In this document: piece after piece, positions 52,480 through 64,000 of the stretch | Position numbering within the stretch: position 1 is the stretch's first letter | Layout: every line of letters begins with the position of its first letter | Origin: Sphagnum compactum | Lineage: Eukaryota | Assembly: GCA_965153455.1 (NCBI GenBank) | Contig: OZ234493.1 | Location: 2,852,001-2,916,000 of the forward strand | DNA: 64,000 nt | Direction of reading: 5' to 3' | Notes under the pieces: model-generated | The model's database searches: none | Seen by the model: only the letters and a program-made list of their open reading frames with translations | Told to the model about the DNA's origin: nothing | Translations under genes and position numbers: made by a program

Positions 52480-53397
52480 TGTCATGACCCTAGCCTTGGG
52501 CTCGCAACCAAGGCAAAAGGCATGGAAAAGTGAAGGCCAAAAGTGCAACCTTGGAGTCACATTCACAATCTTAGGAGTGTGTGGGAGTGTGAAGGAATGA
52601 GCCCACACATTCCAAAATGGGCTCCCACTTTGGGAATTCGAGTCCCACGGGACTCCCAAATCTTTAGAGAGCAATTTGAGGGGTCAAAACTCATTGAATT
52701 GAAGAGTTTCATATACCATTGAAAATTTCTTGAAACGTAGATGTTTAAAATGAACTCACATGATCCATTTGAATATTTGCAACACAATTTATGGCCAAAA
52801 GAAGGGCCGGGAATCAAAGTGTCAATTTGACTCCTGACCATTAAAAATCAAGAATCACCTTGAATTAAATGTGTTCAGGGAGTTTGCCACATATCATTGG
52901 AAAACTCCTAATGAGAGTTATAACTTTGCTTTAGACCTCACTTTAATCAAAAGTGTGGATAAAAAGTTACAGGCGTCCAAAAAGGCGAAAGTCGTTATTT
53001 CAAAGATTTCGAAACTCCCAACTTGGGAATCCCGGAAAAAATGATATTTAAGTTAACCTTCATGGCTAGTCACAAAAAATACTATAAGGGGGAAGGTGGT
53101 GGCTTCCCCCAAGTTCGGGCCATAGTGAGTCTTACGAATCCATGTATGCTTGTGGTTTGTCCGTGCATCAAAAGTCTTCCAACTATGCATAAACCAACTT
53201 GTTATTTGATTTATGCAAGTCCACATGAATAATTGACTCGTTTGTCATTTTTCGTAGTCTTCATCCCAAAGCTCCAACATGCCCCTCTTACCCTTGAAGT
53301 GCTATGAATTAGAAATTGTACTCAAATTCCTTATTCTTTCATTGTTTTCATTTTCAAATTCACATTTGAATCTTTCAAGGAGTTTGGGGGTGTGTAA
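52480..53397 (+). mobile_element. Solo-LTR-like interspersed element of about 920 nt
   Basis: Begins TGTCA and ends TGTGTAA (degenerate CA). It is GC-richer than its flanks, with near-matching 5-bp flanks aaaag/aaaaa. An inverted copy of its first ~40 nt sits at 56321-56362. Confidence 0.55.
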
Positions 53398-56300
53398 AAA
53401 AAATCATCATGCATAAAATGTTCGAATTGAATTTTTAAAATGCATCATCAAATTATTTCAATACAAAATCACATTTTAGAAAATGAATATCATGTTTGGC
53501 ACCCACAAAGTCATTATAGACAACAAACATTTGGTTTGTTTCTATGTGAAAAAAATTATAACAAAAAAAATAAAAACTAAGTTTTTAAATCAAAGCAAAA
53601 TAGTGTGTGCATTGCAACCAAAATAAGTAACCACTTTGAATGAATACATATAAGCCTTCATCAACTCCTTATTTTAATCAAGTAAATACCACTTCACTAG
53701 TAATGCCTCCTTTATCATGAATTGTAAGTGTAAATTACACCTTTTCTATTATTTGAACCTATTAACAACAATACATCTTATAAAATATTATATATATATA
53801 TATATATATAATTAATTAAAAATACATATTATTGTTGCATGTTTTATATTTATTATATTTGAAATTTTAGAATAAACACAATATTAGTTTTTACCCACAA
53901 ATTGATGTTTTGAGCCTTCTATTTTTACCATGTAGTTTCCAAGTAATTAAAAAATGACCCCCCCTCCCCCCCAAGATATGGCGTTAAATGTTAAAATTGG
54001 AATAAAAAAGGCGAGAATTACTAATTTTTTTGCTTAATTGCATTGGACCCATTTTATAATCAAGTTCTTAAACTTTGGGAACTCATAACTTAAATTATTA
54101 ATTTAAAAACTGAAATATAAAACCATGAAAGTCACCTTTGAAAATGATTTATAAGGAAAACCAAATGTTTTAAGCTTGTGTTCCTAACCAAAATGTTCAA
54201 GGAAAATAAACATCATTACATTTTTGAAACATTTAAAAAATATTTTGATTATGAATAAGGTTTTTTTTTTTTTTTTTTCCCAAATTTATGAAGTAGGTCC
54301 ATAGGCAAAAATCACCAAGTATATTTAACATTAAATGTCAACTACTTTTTTAAATGGATGATAGCATATTTTTAAGAATCTTGCTACAATTGACTACCTG
54401 GGTAATACCTAGGTCTAGTTGTGGTAAAAAATTTAGGTTTTTTTAAAAAATGGCAAACAAAAACCATGAAATTTTCTATTTTTCTTGTTCCCAAAAAAAA
54501 CTTCACCACTTGTTGCAAAAAATTTCCCCAAAAAAACTAGTTAAAAGCATCAAAATACAATTTAAACAAAATTCTTATTAGAGTTTCAAAATCTATACAA
54601 CCTATTAATGTACTTACCAAAAAATTATAACGAAACTTGCCTTTTTGAAGCAATTTTTTTTTCTTAAAAGTTTGATGGGTCTAGTAAAATGAAGGGGTGA
54701 TGTTTCTAGGAAATCCACCCAAGGATACCGATGCCCATATGTATGAAGATAATAAACTTAATTTCATCCTAGAATGCAAAAATTGGGGTTCATATTTTGA
54801 AATACGATGCTAGTGAGGTTTACAATTCTTCATGAATTGTGATTTAACCATATATTTTTCACGAAATATATTTAGGAGGCCACTCATTCTTATACAATTT
54901 TCCAATTAAGTTATTTAACTTGAAAATTGATAAGGGATCAAACATATTCACTCTAGGTAGGCCACACCTTCATGCACCTTAAAATCACCCATGTTGTAAT
55001 GAATGCTAAAAGGAAACCACATTCTCAAATGTCATCTAGATTGCATGTTAAATCCCTTCACCATATCAATCAAAGTTAGGTTGAGATTTGACCATTCAAA
55101 TGTGACATCAATGGATTCATACACCAAGTATGGTTTGTCACTCGATAACATGGAAAGCAAAACATTCATTTTGTAAGGTGTGTTTTATTTTCAAATTTTT
55201 ATGACCTAAAACCATAATTATTCTTGGTTTGTAGGTTATTTTCAAAGTTTATCCATCTAAGTGAAAATCTTTCCAATTTGGACATGCAAGCAACTTGGGT
55301 AAATTAAAAATATGAGATGATCATTATCAACTAAATGTGACCAAATAGGTCTTGAAGTTCATTTTTATGTAAACATATTTTTCATTGTTATGTTAGTAAT
55401 GACAAACTTGCCCAATTTTCCATCCTATTATTTTGAAAGCTTTTTTATTTGCACAACTTTGGATGACAAAATAATGTAATCAGCCATAATGATATTTGGA
55501 TAAGTGTTATTATTGGTACAATATGTAGCTTGACCTAATGATTTTAATTAAGTGGTCAATATTCCTAATTATTAAATGTGAGTCATTTCATATCTAGAAT
55601 TATGTAAATTATATTTCATTTTTGTGATTCAATCACATGAAGACTACTACTTGATATTTAGTTTATTAAAACTTAAGCAATGAAGTTAAAATAAAAGTTA
55701 CATAGGTGATTTATAATTGCAAGTCAATTTTCATTTGGGATTTAAACAAATGCCCATTGTTTACTTTTCATCCATGTGTTTATGCATGCCTTTATGTAAA
55801 AACTAAATGAAATTGTGTTCATGCTCGTTGGGCTTTTCTATATTAAACATGAGATTGACATATGCATATGTAATTGTACGTGTATTTGATGATAAGGTAT
55901 GGCTTCAAGTACATGCTTGCCCAACATTGGAAAGTAAATCTTCTTGGCCCATCACAAAAAGAGTTTATGCTATTGTATTTGTAGATTTTGGGGACATATA
56001 TCAAAGTTGCCATGTTTGGAGTTTTTAAAAACTAACATGAGCATGGCTTTTTTTCTCTTTTGGAAATAGGTTCGTTGGCAAGGATCCCCAACTAGATTTA
56101 ACATTAAATAGTGAATTATTTTTTTAATGGACAATAGTAGATTTTGAAAACTCTTAGCTAAATCAGGATCTATAAGCTCAAATCTAACATTTGTTAGGCT
56201 TAATATGACCATTAAGAAGCCTCATTCAACAAAGTGCACAATTGATGTGTTAGAACCCTGTTTGCAAATAGTTATTACACATGGATTTGTTAGTTCACTC

Positions 56301-56654
56301 CAGATAGCTTAACTCAGAAAGCAAGCCTTTGCCTTGGTCGCGAGCACAAGGCTAGGGTTGCATTTGGTCGTATGATGAGTAATGATCTTCACCTCCCTAA
56401 GAGAGGCCCCCTTCACCTCATGCCATGACTTCTCTTTTGGTTGCATGCAAATTCTATTCCTAATATTGATTGGCTGCCACTATTTTTGGGCGTGGACTAG
56501 AAAAGCCATGTGATGCAATTATTGATCTTCATATTTGCATGCTGGCATAGTCTTTGGTCTCATGTACATGTATGTGTTGTAGCGGAAAAATAACTTACAT
56601 CCGTTGACAAATTGGAATCTAAGAAATGACTATAACAACCAACATTCGTTTCTA

Positions 56655-56735
56655 GAATGCAAGGAATTGTCACTGAATCGTCAATGTGTAATTGAATGCA
56701 AGGAATTGTCACTGGAATCGTCAATGTATAATTGA
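56655..56735. repeat. 40-nt tandem duplication
   Basis: gaatgcaaggaattgtcactg(g)aatcgtcaatgt.taatt occurs twice. Confidence 0.85.
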
Positions 56736-58419
56736 CAATCCGTTGACACGTTTCCCTCACCAAATGCACAGGATTGCTGGCATTGACAAAATGCCAACTT
56801 GTTACAAAGAGTTTTTTTAATTCTTACTTTTCTCTTGTCATTTTTTGTTTTTGTCCCAAATCTTTTGGTACAGAGGCATTGTGGGAACTCCTTTTGGACT
56901 AGTATAAAACTCCTCGTTAGGAAGAATGGAGGTAGGCTGAATGCAAAATAAAATATTTGAATTAATTAGAGTTATCCATAGTAAAGTCCTGCAATAAGGG
57001 GGCCAGCAGAACAGTCAGTTTCGGCATAATAGGGCATCAAATGTGTGACTGGAAACGAAAATTTTACCAAAAAAAACGAAATAACTGGGACCCACCCACG
57101 CTAGTTTTTTCCAGCAATTTTGGTTGGTGATAAACTCACAGTTTCATCCTGTCTTTCCTTTTTCCTGAGCGCCTCCACTGCTCCTACATACATGTATTTT
57201 CACTGCTCCTACCTGTATAACTACTATGATGACTCTCGAACCTTGTGCATTAAAATGCTACGTTTCAGCATTTCATACTGAGATTTAATAAATTTTCCTT
57301 ACTTGGCGGATACCATTGAAAGAGGGGATAGTGGGTGAAAGCAGGCCCAAAGACAGGGTGACTTTATGGATAACTCTATTATGTGGACGTCACTTGTAGC
57401 AGCACTTTTGTACAACACACAGAGGAAAATCGCCATTTAATGGCTAATCAATATTAATTATAGGTAGCATTTTATTAATTAGTTTTTAAAAAAACCTATT
57501 TAACCTGTTTCCAGTTAATGCTAGATCCCACTTGGGATCACAGCTTTCTTTTTCCAAATTCCTCAAGTAAGTCCACTGGCAAGGATCCCCAGCAATAATT
57601 AGCATTAAATGGGGCTAATTTATTTAGCCAGATGTGGCCGATTTAATTGTTTTTATTTTTAAAAATAGAGGCAAAAAATCCTTAAAAATCCCCAAATTTT
57701 GTCGTTTTTTTTTCATTTTCTGAGAAAAATAAAATTACCATGTAAGTTGCGAAAATTAAATTGGCCAAATTAAATATTTAAAAAGAAAAATGGTTTAAAT
57801 GTGACGAAAAAGTTTCCAATTCTTTGTTGGGGGTGAGAAAAAAGGGAATATTGTGACGGAATATTCTCTTTTAAAAATTTATTGTTCTGCATTTTGGCGA
57901 AATGTTTTTCAGATCAAAAAATAAATAAACGCTGGTAAGTAGGTAAGTAGGGAGGTAGGTAGGTAGGTAGGTAAGTAAGTAAGTAACTTTTTTTATTAGC
58001 TGTAAAATTTCACTATCATCATCGTCATCATGGCCTTTTGATGCGCTGTTTAGCTCCTCGTGATGACAGGTGTCACGCACACGTAGGCCAGCATCTAGTT
58101 GGCCTCTCGCTCTCGCCCATTGGCTTGCACTGCTGGCAGCCTGCCTGGCTGGCGGCTGCATTGTCGGTGTGGACAGGATGCAGTTTCTTTCCTACTTCCT
58201 TCCTCCTTTCCTTCCCCTTTCCTTTCCTGTTGCTTTTCTTTTACTTTCCTTTTGCTTTTTCCCGTGTGCTGCTGCTGCTGCTGCGACTGATCGCGTTACT
58301 GGCCCCCTCCCCGTGTGTACATCTTTTTCCTCCACCTGTTCGCCTTTTCTTTTCTCGCCGCGTCAGTTGCTTTGATTGTTGTTTTTTTTTTTTTTTTTTT
58401 TTTTTTTGGGTTTTTTTCT

Positions 58420-58970
58420 GGCTATATTAAAAATTTCAAAGTGCTAAAATCAAAGTACGAAATAATTGATACTTTCAATAGCCATAATTAGACCAAAATG
58501 CAGAAAAAATAGCCAGATTTCTTTCTATACATGGTTCAAGTAGGTAGCGAAAAATTTAGCTTGTAGTCAAAATTTGGTTAAATCTTCCTTTGGATGATAG
58601 CCATTTTGGCTATACAAAAAAATGACCCCAAAAGAAAAAGAAAAAAAACACTGGAAACTTCAACTAGCGCTGGATGTGGTTCTTTTAGTATGGTCAGACA
58701 GTCAGTGTTATTAGGCGATTTTGTTGTCATAGCCAAAGTGGCGATGATCCACAGGAAGAGTAAACCAAATTTTGGCTACAAGCTAAAGATGAAAGTAATA
58801 ATTCGAAAAATCCTTTAAATATATATTTGGCTAACTAAGTGAACCCTGTACAGATTATCTGGCGATTTTTAAAAATAATTTGGTGGAATTATGGGTATTG
58901 AAATCTCAAAAAACACATGATTTTAGTTCTTCTTCATTTTTAATATAGCATTTTGGATATATATATAGCC
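58420..58970. mobile_element. Two diverged copies of a CAGTGTT-headed MITE-like repeat in divergent orientation (58420-58652 minus, 58703-58970 plus)
   Basis: Both copies read cagtgtt...atagccaaa.tggc.at.atcca.aggaaga.t.aaccaaattt.g.ctacaagctaaa...gaacc.tgta.aga...atctggc.atttt...aattatgg.tattgaaa...tgattttag...ttttaatatagc. Confidence 0.7.
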
Positions 58971-59743
58971 AAAATGGCTAAAAACAGGCTGGGACTCTCT
59001 GGTGCTCTTCGGCTTGTTTCCTTTTCCCACCATCTCCATTTTGCTTTGCACCTTCACTGCCAAAACATGTCTGCGCTGCGCTGCAACAACAGACGACTCT
59101 CTCTCTCTCTCGATCTTCTGTGCGGGGGCGTTGCATTTTGCTGCTGCATGATTACTAGCGTTCACAAGCTACTGCGGCACGAGGTTTGTAAACGTGTCAG
59201 AAGAGCTGCTTCTTCTGTCCGTTCGTCTGTCTGTCTGTCTGTCTGTTTGTCATGAAGCTACCTCTCCTTTGATTTGTTGCATTCTCGGATTTCTCTCTAA
59301 GACATTACCATCCTGACTCTTTGTTTGTTTGTTGTTCTGCATCATGCGTAAATATCCCAGAGTTTTGTCTGCCTGTACAACGCGCCTTGAAGAAAGAAAG
59401 AGGGATTAAATATCATCGCCGCTCAAGAGCGCACCTCCAGTTCTTTTCCACAGACAGACACAGACATACACGGACAAGGAGACACACACACACACAGACC
59501 TAGACAGAGAGCGCGCGATTCTTGCATTCTAGTCAGTCCGTTGACAGAATTACGTCAATCTGTGTCTGGACGATGAGGCTTGACAGTTGAGAAGGAAGCA
59601 GTACTCTTTGATTGAGGGGAGGAGCGAAGTAGACTGGCGGTGGCGAAGATGATCCTAGTGTTCAGTTCGTAGAGGGCGTGCTTCGGTTGTCCATACGTGT
59701 TAGCGTTGTTTAGTGAGCGTCTTTATTGTTGTTGTCATCATCC

Positions 59744-62700
59744 ATGGAGGAAGAAGGAGATTCTACTGTCATTACGTTGGACATGGGGTTCGGGTCCTGG
59801 GGATGCCAGGTACGTCTTCTCACAGGGTTATTACACCCGCCTCCCCCGTGGATGCTGCTCCGTTCCTCTCTTTCCCTTTTGTTCCGTCTTCAGTTCCTCT
59901 CTCTTAACCTTCGTTGGAGATGATCGGCAGCATGCATGCTTCCTGGAGTCTTTGATCAAGTAGACAGTACTAGTCAGAGGATAAGCGGCCATAGCTGTAG
60001 TTCTTGGAGTTTACAGCAATGTGCTGTTGTAGTTATAATAGGCAGTACTGTCTTGAGGTTTCCGCCATTGAGCCAGTTATAGAGACGCGTGACTGGGAAG
60101 CCTTTGGTCACATGCTTGTAGTCATACCAACGGGCCTTGAACTGGGAGAGTAGATTGTTGAGGTAGGCCTTGTACTGATCTTTCTGGTTTATCCTTGAAG
60201 CAGAGGTATCATGTTCCCACTGCCTCGGGGCCAATCTCGGTGGTCGTTTGTGGTGATCAAGACAAACCTGCCCTGCTCACATACCCGGACGTTGGACTGA
60301 ACTGTAAGAATCTACATCCTTACCCCAATCCTTGCAGTCCGACTCTGTGGCCTTCAGAATTAGGGTTTTTCTCCTCACACCACGACAGTTTGTTGGATTT
60401 CATGATGCATCATGAGAGGTTGTTGCATTGTTGGAAAAGAGTGCTCAGTGATTGGAGATTTGGGTGTCAAGAAGCTTTGCAGATTTCCAGTTTTCTTTTT
60501 TGAAATGTGGCGTGTTCTTTGATGCATGATCTGAGATGGTGTCTCGCTCACAGGGAAAGTTCTATGTAGTCTGAATCCCATCTTTTTGGTTTTGTTTCGA
60601 TTGCAGATGTATCATGTTTTGAAGGGCTGTTTTCATATCCTGAGGCCTCATCGGTGCTTTACCACAATTTTTGCATATACCATGTTGATGCACTGGGGCA
60701 TGAGGTCAGTATCTTATTCTATCTGGTGGTTGTTGCAACTGTTAGGTACCAAATTTTAAGAAAGGGATGGCAATGTCCCAAGAATGCAGCAACATATCAT
60801 GACTTGAAAGTTTATGTTACCCAATGACAGACAGTATGTATCTTGAGTTGGACAGATTGATTTGTCCAAGAAGCTGGTCACCCATCAACTTTAGATGTCC
60901 AGTCTTGCACAGCTGTCTTTGGAGCCAGAGGTGAGAGGACACACATTGCCATTGGAATGCTCTAACCTGTCACTGTTTTGGCAGGCTTGTTCCCCAGATC
61001 AACCTTCATTGTCTGTGGATGACCTCGCAGACCAATTGGCTGAAGTCTTAGATTTTTTTGGGTGAGTCTTGGCATTGAGCCTCTATTCTCAACATTGAGG
61101 GAGATGTAATGTATCTTGCTGTAAGCACAGCCAGCCTATCAGTACCTCTGATATGGAAATGCCAAGATGAAGTTGAAAGTCTGTTGAGAAAGAGAATTTG
61201 ACTGGCAATTGTAAATTATAGAGCCACTCTACCCTGAATTTGATAAATGAAGAATTTCTTGCTGTCACAGGTTAGATGAAGTTATTGGCCTTGGGGTGAC
61301 AGGTGGAGCATATATTCTTACACATTTTGCGGTATGACAATGGGAATTATCTCTGTTTTATTTGCCACTGTCCACTCCTTTCTTTGCATTTATTGAAATA
61401 ATTCAACTGCAAAGTGAGGATCTGCATGCTGATATGTACACAGGAAGAAGATAGGTTGTTTTGGCTGGTGGGTCTCCTCCTTTAACTAACATGAATGATG
61501 CTGTGGTGTTCTGAGTGTTCTAAACCCATTCCCTGCAATTTTTTCTTGCAGTTGAAATATAGGGAACGTGCACTCGGACTGATATTGGTGTCACCACTCT
61601 GCCAAACGCCCTCATGGACAGAATGGATCTATAATAAGGTGAGCTTTGCAATCAGGGGCTCTTGTGAATTGTGTCATTGAGTGGACTAATAATAGACTGC
61701 ATCATTGGTCTCTATTCATGGCTGATTGGCTCCCATATCTGGTGGTGCAGGCAATAATAAACCTGCTTTACTTCTGTGGAATGTCAGGCTTTGTGAAGGA
61801 TACTTTTTTGCAACGCTATTTTAGTCAGGTAATTAAATGCCGAACTACATACATCTTCAAGACATCTTGATTGTACCCATTGCTAATGAAGATTTTTCTA
61901 CTTGGAGGGGATTTTCTGTCAAGTTATTAGTCTGACATGTGTTATGGCTCCATTATGGCAGGAAGCGCGGACTACTCCAGGTGCTGGGCCAGATGTTATG
62001 ATGACTTATCGCAAAGTAAGTGAACCCATCTCTTTGTACAATAGATGGCTGAGCTTTCAGTGGAAAGATGCTCTGTTCGTGTATATTTTCTCTGTCTTGA
62101 TGTCTTTGAAAGTAATCTTTTGTGACAGATGTGTCATTTGTTTACCGATTTGTTCTTTTTTTTCAATGTGCAGCATTTGGATGATGTTCACAGCAGGAAT
62201 GTTATGCACTACATGCAGGCCATTAACCAGTATGTCCAATTTGACCTTGAATGCCTCAGATAGAAAGCTATTTGCAGGTGTTGTGAATTGGTATAAAGAG
62301 TCAGCTGGGAGAGGGGGTGTGGCAAAAACTTGTGTCCAAGTGGCTAGTTGAAAAAGTCTGATTGGTGCCATCTGATGATGTCTGTAGGCGTGTGGATTTA
62401 AGTGAGAGGGTGAAGAAACTGAAATGCCGCACACTGATTATCGTTGGTGAACATTCCCCTTTCCACCACGAGGCTTTGCACCTCAGTACACAGATGCATA
62501 GGCGATACAATGCATTGATTGAGGTAATCTGAACCCCTTCACAAACCACATTTGCTTGCTGTACAGGAATTACTTCTGCAGATCTTACTTTTATCTTTTA
62601 GTGGGATACAGATATTGCTTGCTAACTTCTCTTGTGCATATGCAGGTTCAAGCTTGTGGGTCTTTGGTGACAGAGGAACAGCCTCATGCTATGTTTGTTC

Positions 62701-62885
62701 CAATGGAGTTATTCTTAATGGGTTACAGCTTTTACCAACGGCCTGTTTACTCACTCTCCTCCACACCCACGAGCCCACTGAGTCCACCCTGTGTTTCCCC
62801 AGAGCTTCTGTCTCCCGAGAGTCTTGGGCTAAAGTTAAAGCCCATAAAGACACGTGTATCTGTACCTGAGGAAGAGAACTGCTGA
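59744..62885 (+). CDS. NDL: NDL (N-MYC downregulated-like / SF21, NDRG alpha/beta-hydrolase fold) protein, about 350 aa. Exons 59744-59809, 60204-60303, 60607-60704, 60985-61061, 61271-61331, 61552-61638, 61751-61828, 61962-62015, 62174-62229, 62388-62523, 62646-62885
   Basis: Spliced ORF of 1053 nt with [89 protein letters not shown] and [17 protein letters not shown]. All introns are GT-AG. Confidence 0.93.
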
Positions 62886-63608
62886 ATAGAATTCCACCCC
62901 TTGTGTATTCCACTGTCATCCTAGGTGTATATAACTCCTTCCCCTTGTCAGTACATTGAGAGTGTCAAACTGAATGTCACCCCGCGATGACTTAGTCTGT
63001 CCTGGTAACCAAGAGAGATGAGCGGGATCAGTACTGATGGTTATAATGTGTGGCACAAGCATGTCTCCACCGGATCTGCACATCCAGTGGAGTTGTGCCC
63101 ATTCTACACAGGGCTAGGAATTGCCATTTTTGGTGGAAATTTGTTACACCACTCTATACAACTTGTGATGAGGCAAGTCATTTTCAATAAAAGGGTCATG
63201 TATACTATTTTTGCTTCTTTCCCACCTTTTTTCTTTCCTAACTTGATTTCAATACTACACTTCATTTTGTCACTCAGCATTTTCTTGTGATCTTCTGTTA
63301 GCTTATAGCACCTTGATCTGATCATTGGTTAGACCTGATGATAACGGTAGTGAGGAATGTATGGAATCTGTTTTGAACTCTTATGATGTTCACTGAAGTT
63401 TTCTGCAAGCAACTAGAGAAATACCTCAGCTCACTGAATGCATTATTAGTAAACCACTCATGGAATGTGTTGTGTTTACACGTCTTTACTTTGCTTTTTG
63501 TTGTGCTACTAAATCGACACCCTACCCAAACACATTTGAAACTAACGAAAGCATGCAAAGCAAGTCAAAATTTGAAACTCACTTGCAACTACAAAAAATT
63601 CAAGCCCC

Positions 63609-63681
63609 AAAACATAGAATGAAAAACACAAGACTCTTTGGCATCAAAACATAGAATGACAAACACAGACTCTTTGGCATT
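63609..63681. repeat. 37-nt tandem duplication downstream of NDL
   Basis: aaacatagaatga.aaacaca(a)gactctttggcat occurs twice. Confidence 0.85.
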
Positions 63682-64000
63682 TATGCTTTCCTGAAGAAAG
63701 AATTCTGCAGTGTGGTTTGAAAAATGTCTCAGCACAAGATTTGAAGACTCCAAAAACTCTCAAGGATAATCCTCTCCCCCGCCCCAAAACCCCAAAACAC
63801 AAAAACTCTAGAATCTCATTTCCAAGTTTGGTTCTTCAACAAAAATGGTATATAGAAACAATAACATTCATTAGGGTGTTATTTGAATTCTTGTACCTTG
63901 GCAGGAATTATTAATTATTTGTAGAAATGTTTGAAATTTTCCCCCTAAAATTTATTAGAAAATTTATTAAAAAAAAAAAAAAAACCCCAAGGGAAAAAGA

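Noticed and set aside
57858..57867. P1BS-like GAATATTC site upstream of NDL (also at about 26779)
   Set aside because: Single 8-mers within AT-rich repeats are expected by chance.
58120..58160. miR160/miR408-like words (tgcctggct, tgcactgc)
   Set aside because: Only 8-9 nt match and no precursor stem.

Overview
Eukaryotic, land-plant genomic DNA. The intron style and repeat families suggest a moss such as Sphagnum, but this is inference. Four spliced protein-coding genes could be rebuilt exon by exon. (1) A CDK-like (ESVRFMARE-type CKL/CDKC-related) Ser/Thr kinase on the minus strand, running off the left edge. (2) An isoprenylcysteine O-methyltransferase (ICMT/STE14) whose last intron has minor-spliceosome (U12) signals. 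(3) A long PHR1-like MYB-CC transcription factor with a GC-AG intron and a cluster of uORFs in its leader. (4) An NDL/NDRG (SF21-like) gene. The intergenic DNA is very AT-rich and holds decayed transposons: Copia RNase H, a LINE tail, a hAT transposase, a solo-LTR-like element, tRNA-like SINE heads, MITE-like repeats and minisatellites. The most unusual object is a 3-kb GC-rich Helitron Rep pseudogene with a clean spliceosomal intron, an RG-repeat insert and an apparent microhomology-mediated deletion. No CRISPR array, rRNA or intact tRNA gene was found, and I cannot demonstrate a wholly new system from sequence alone.
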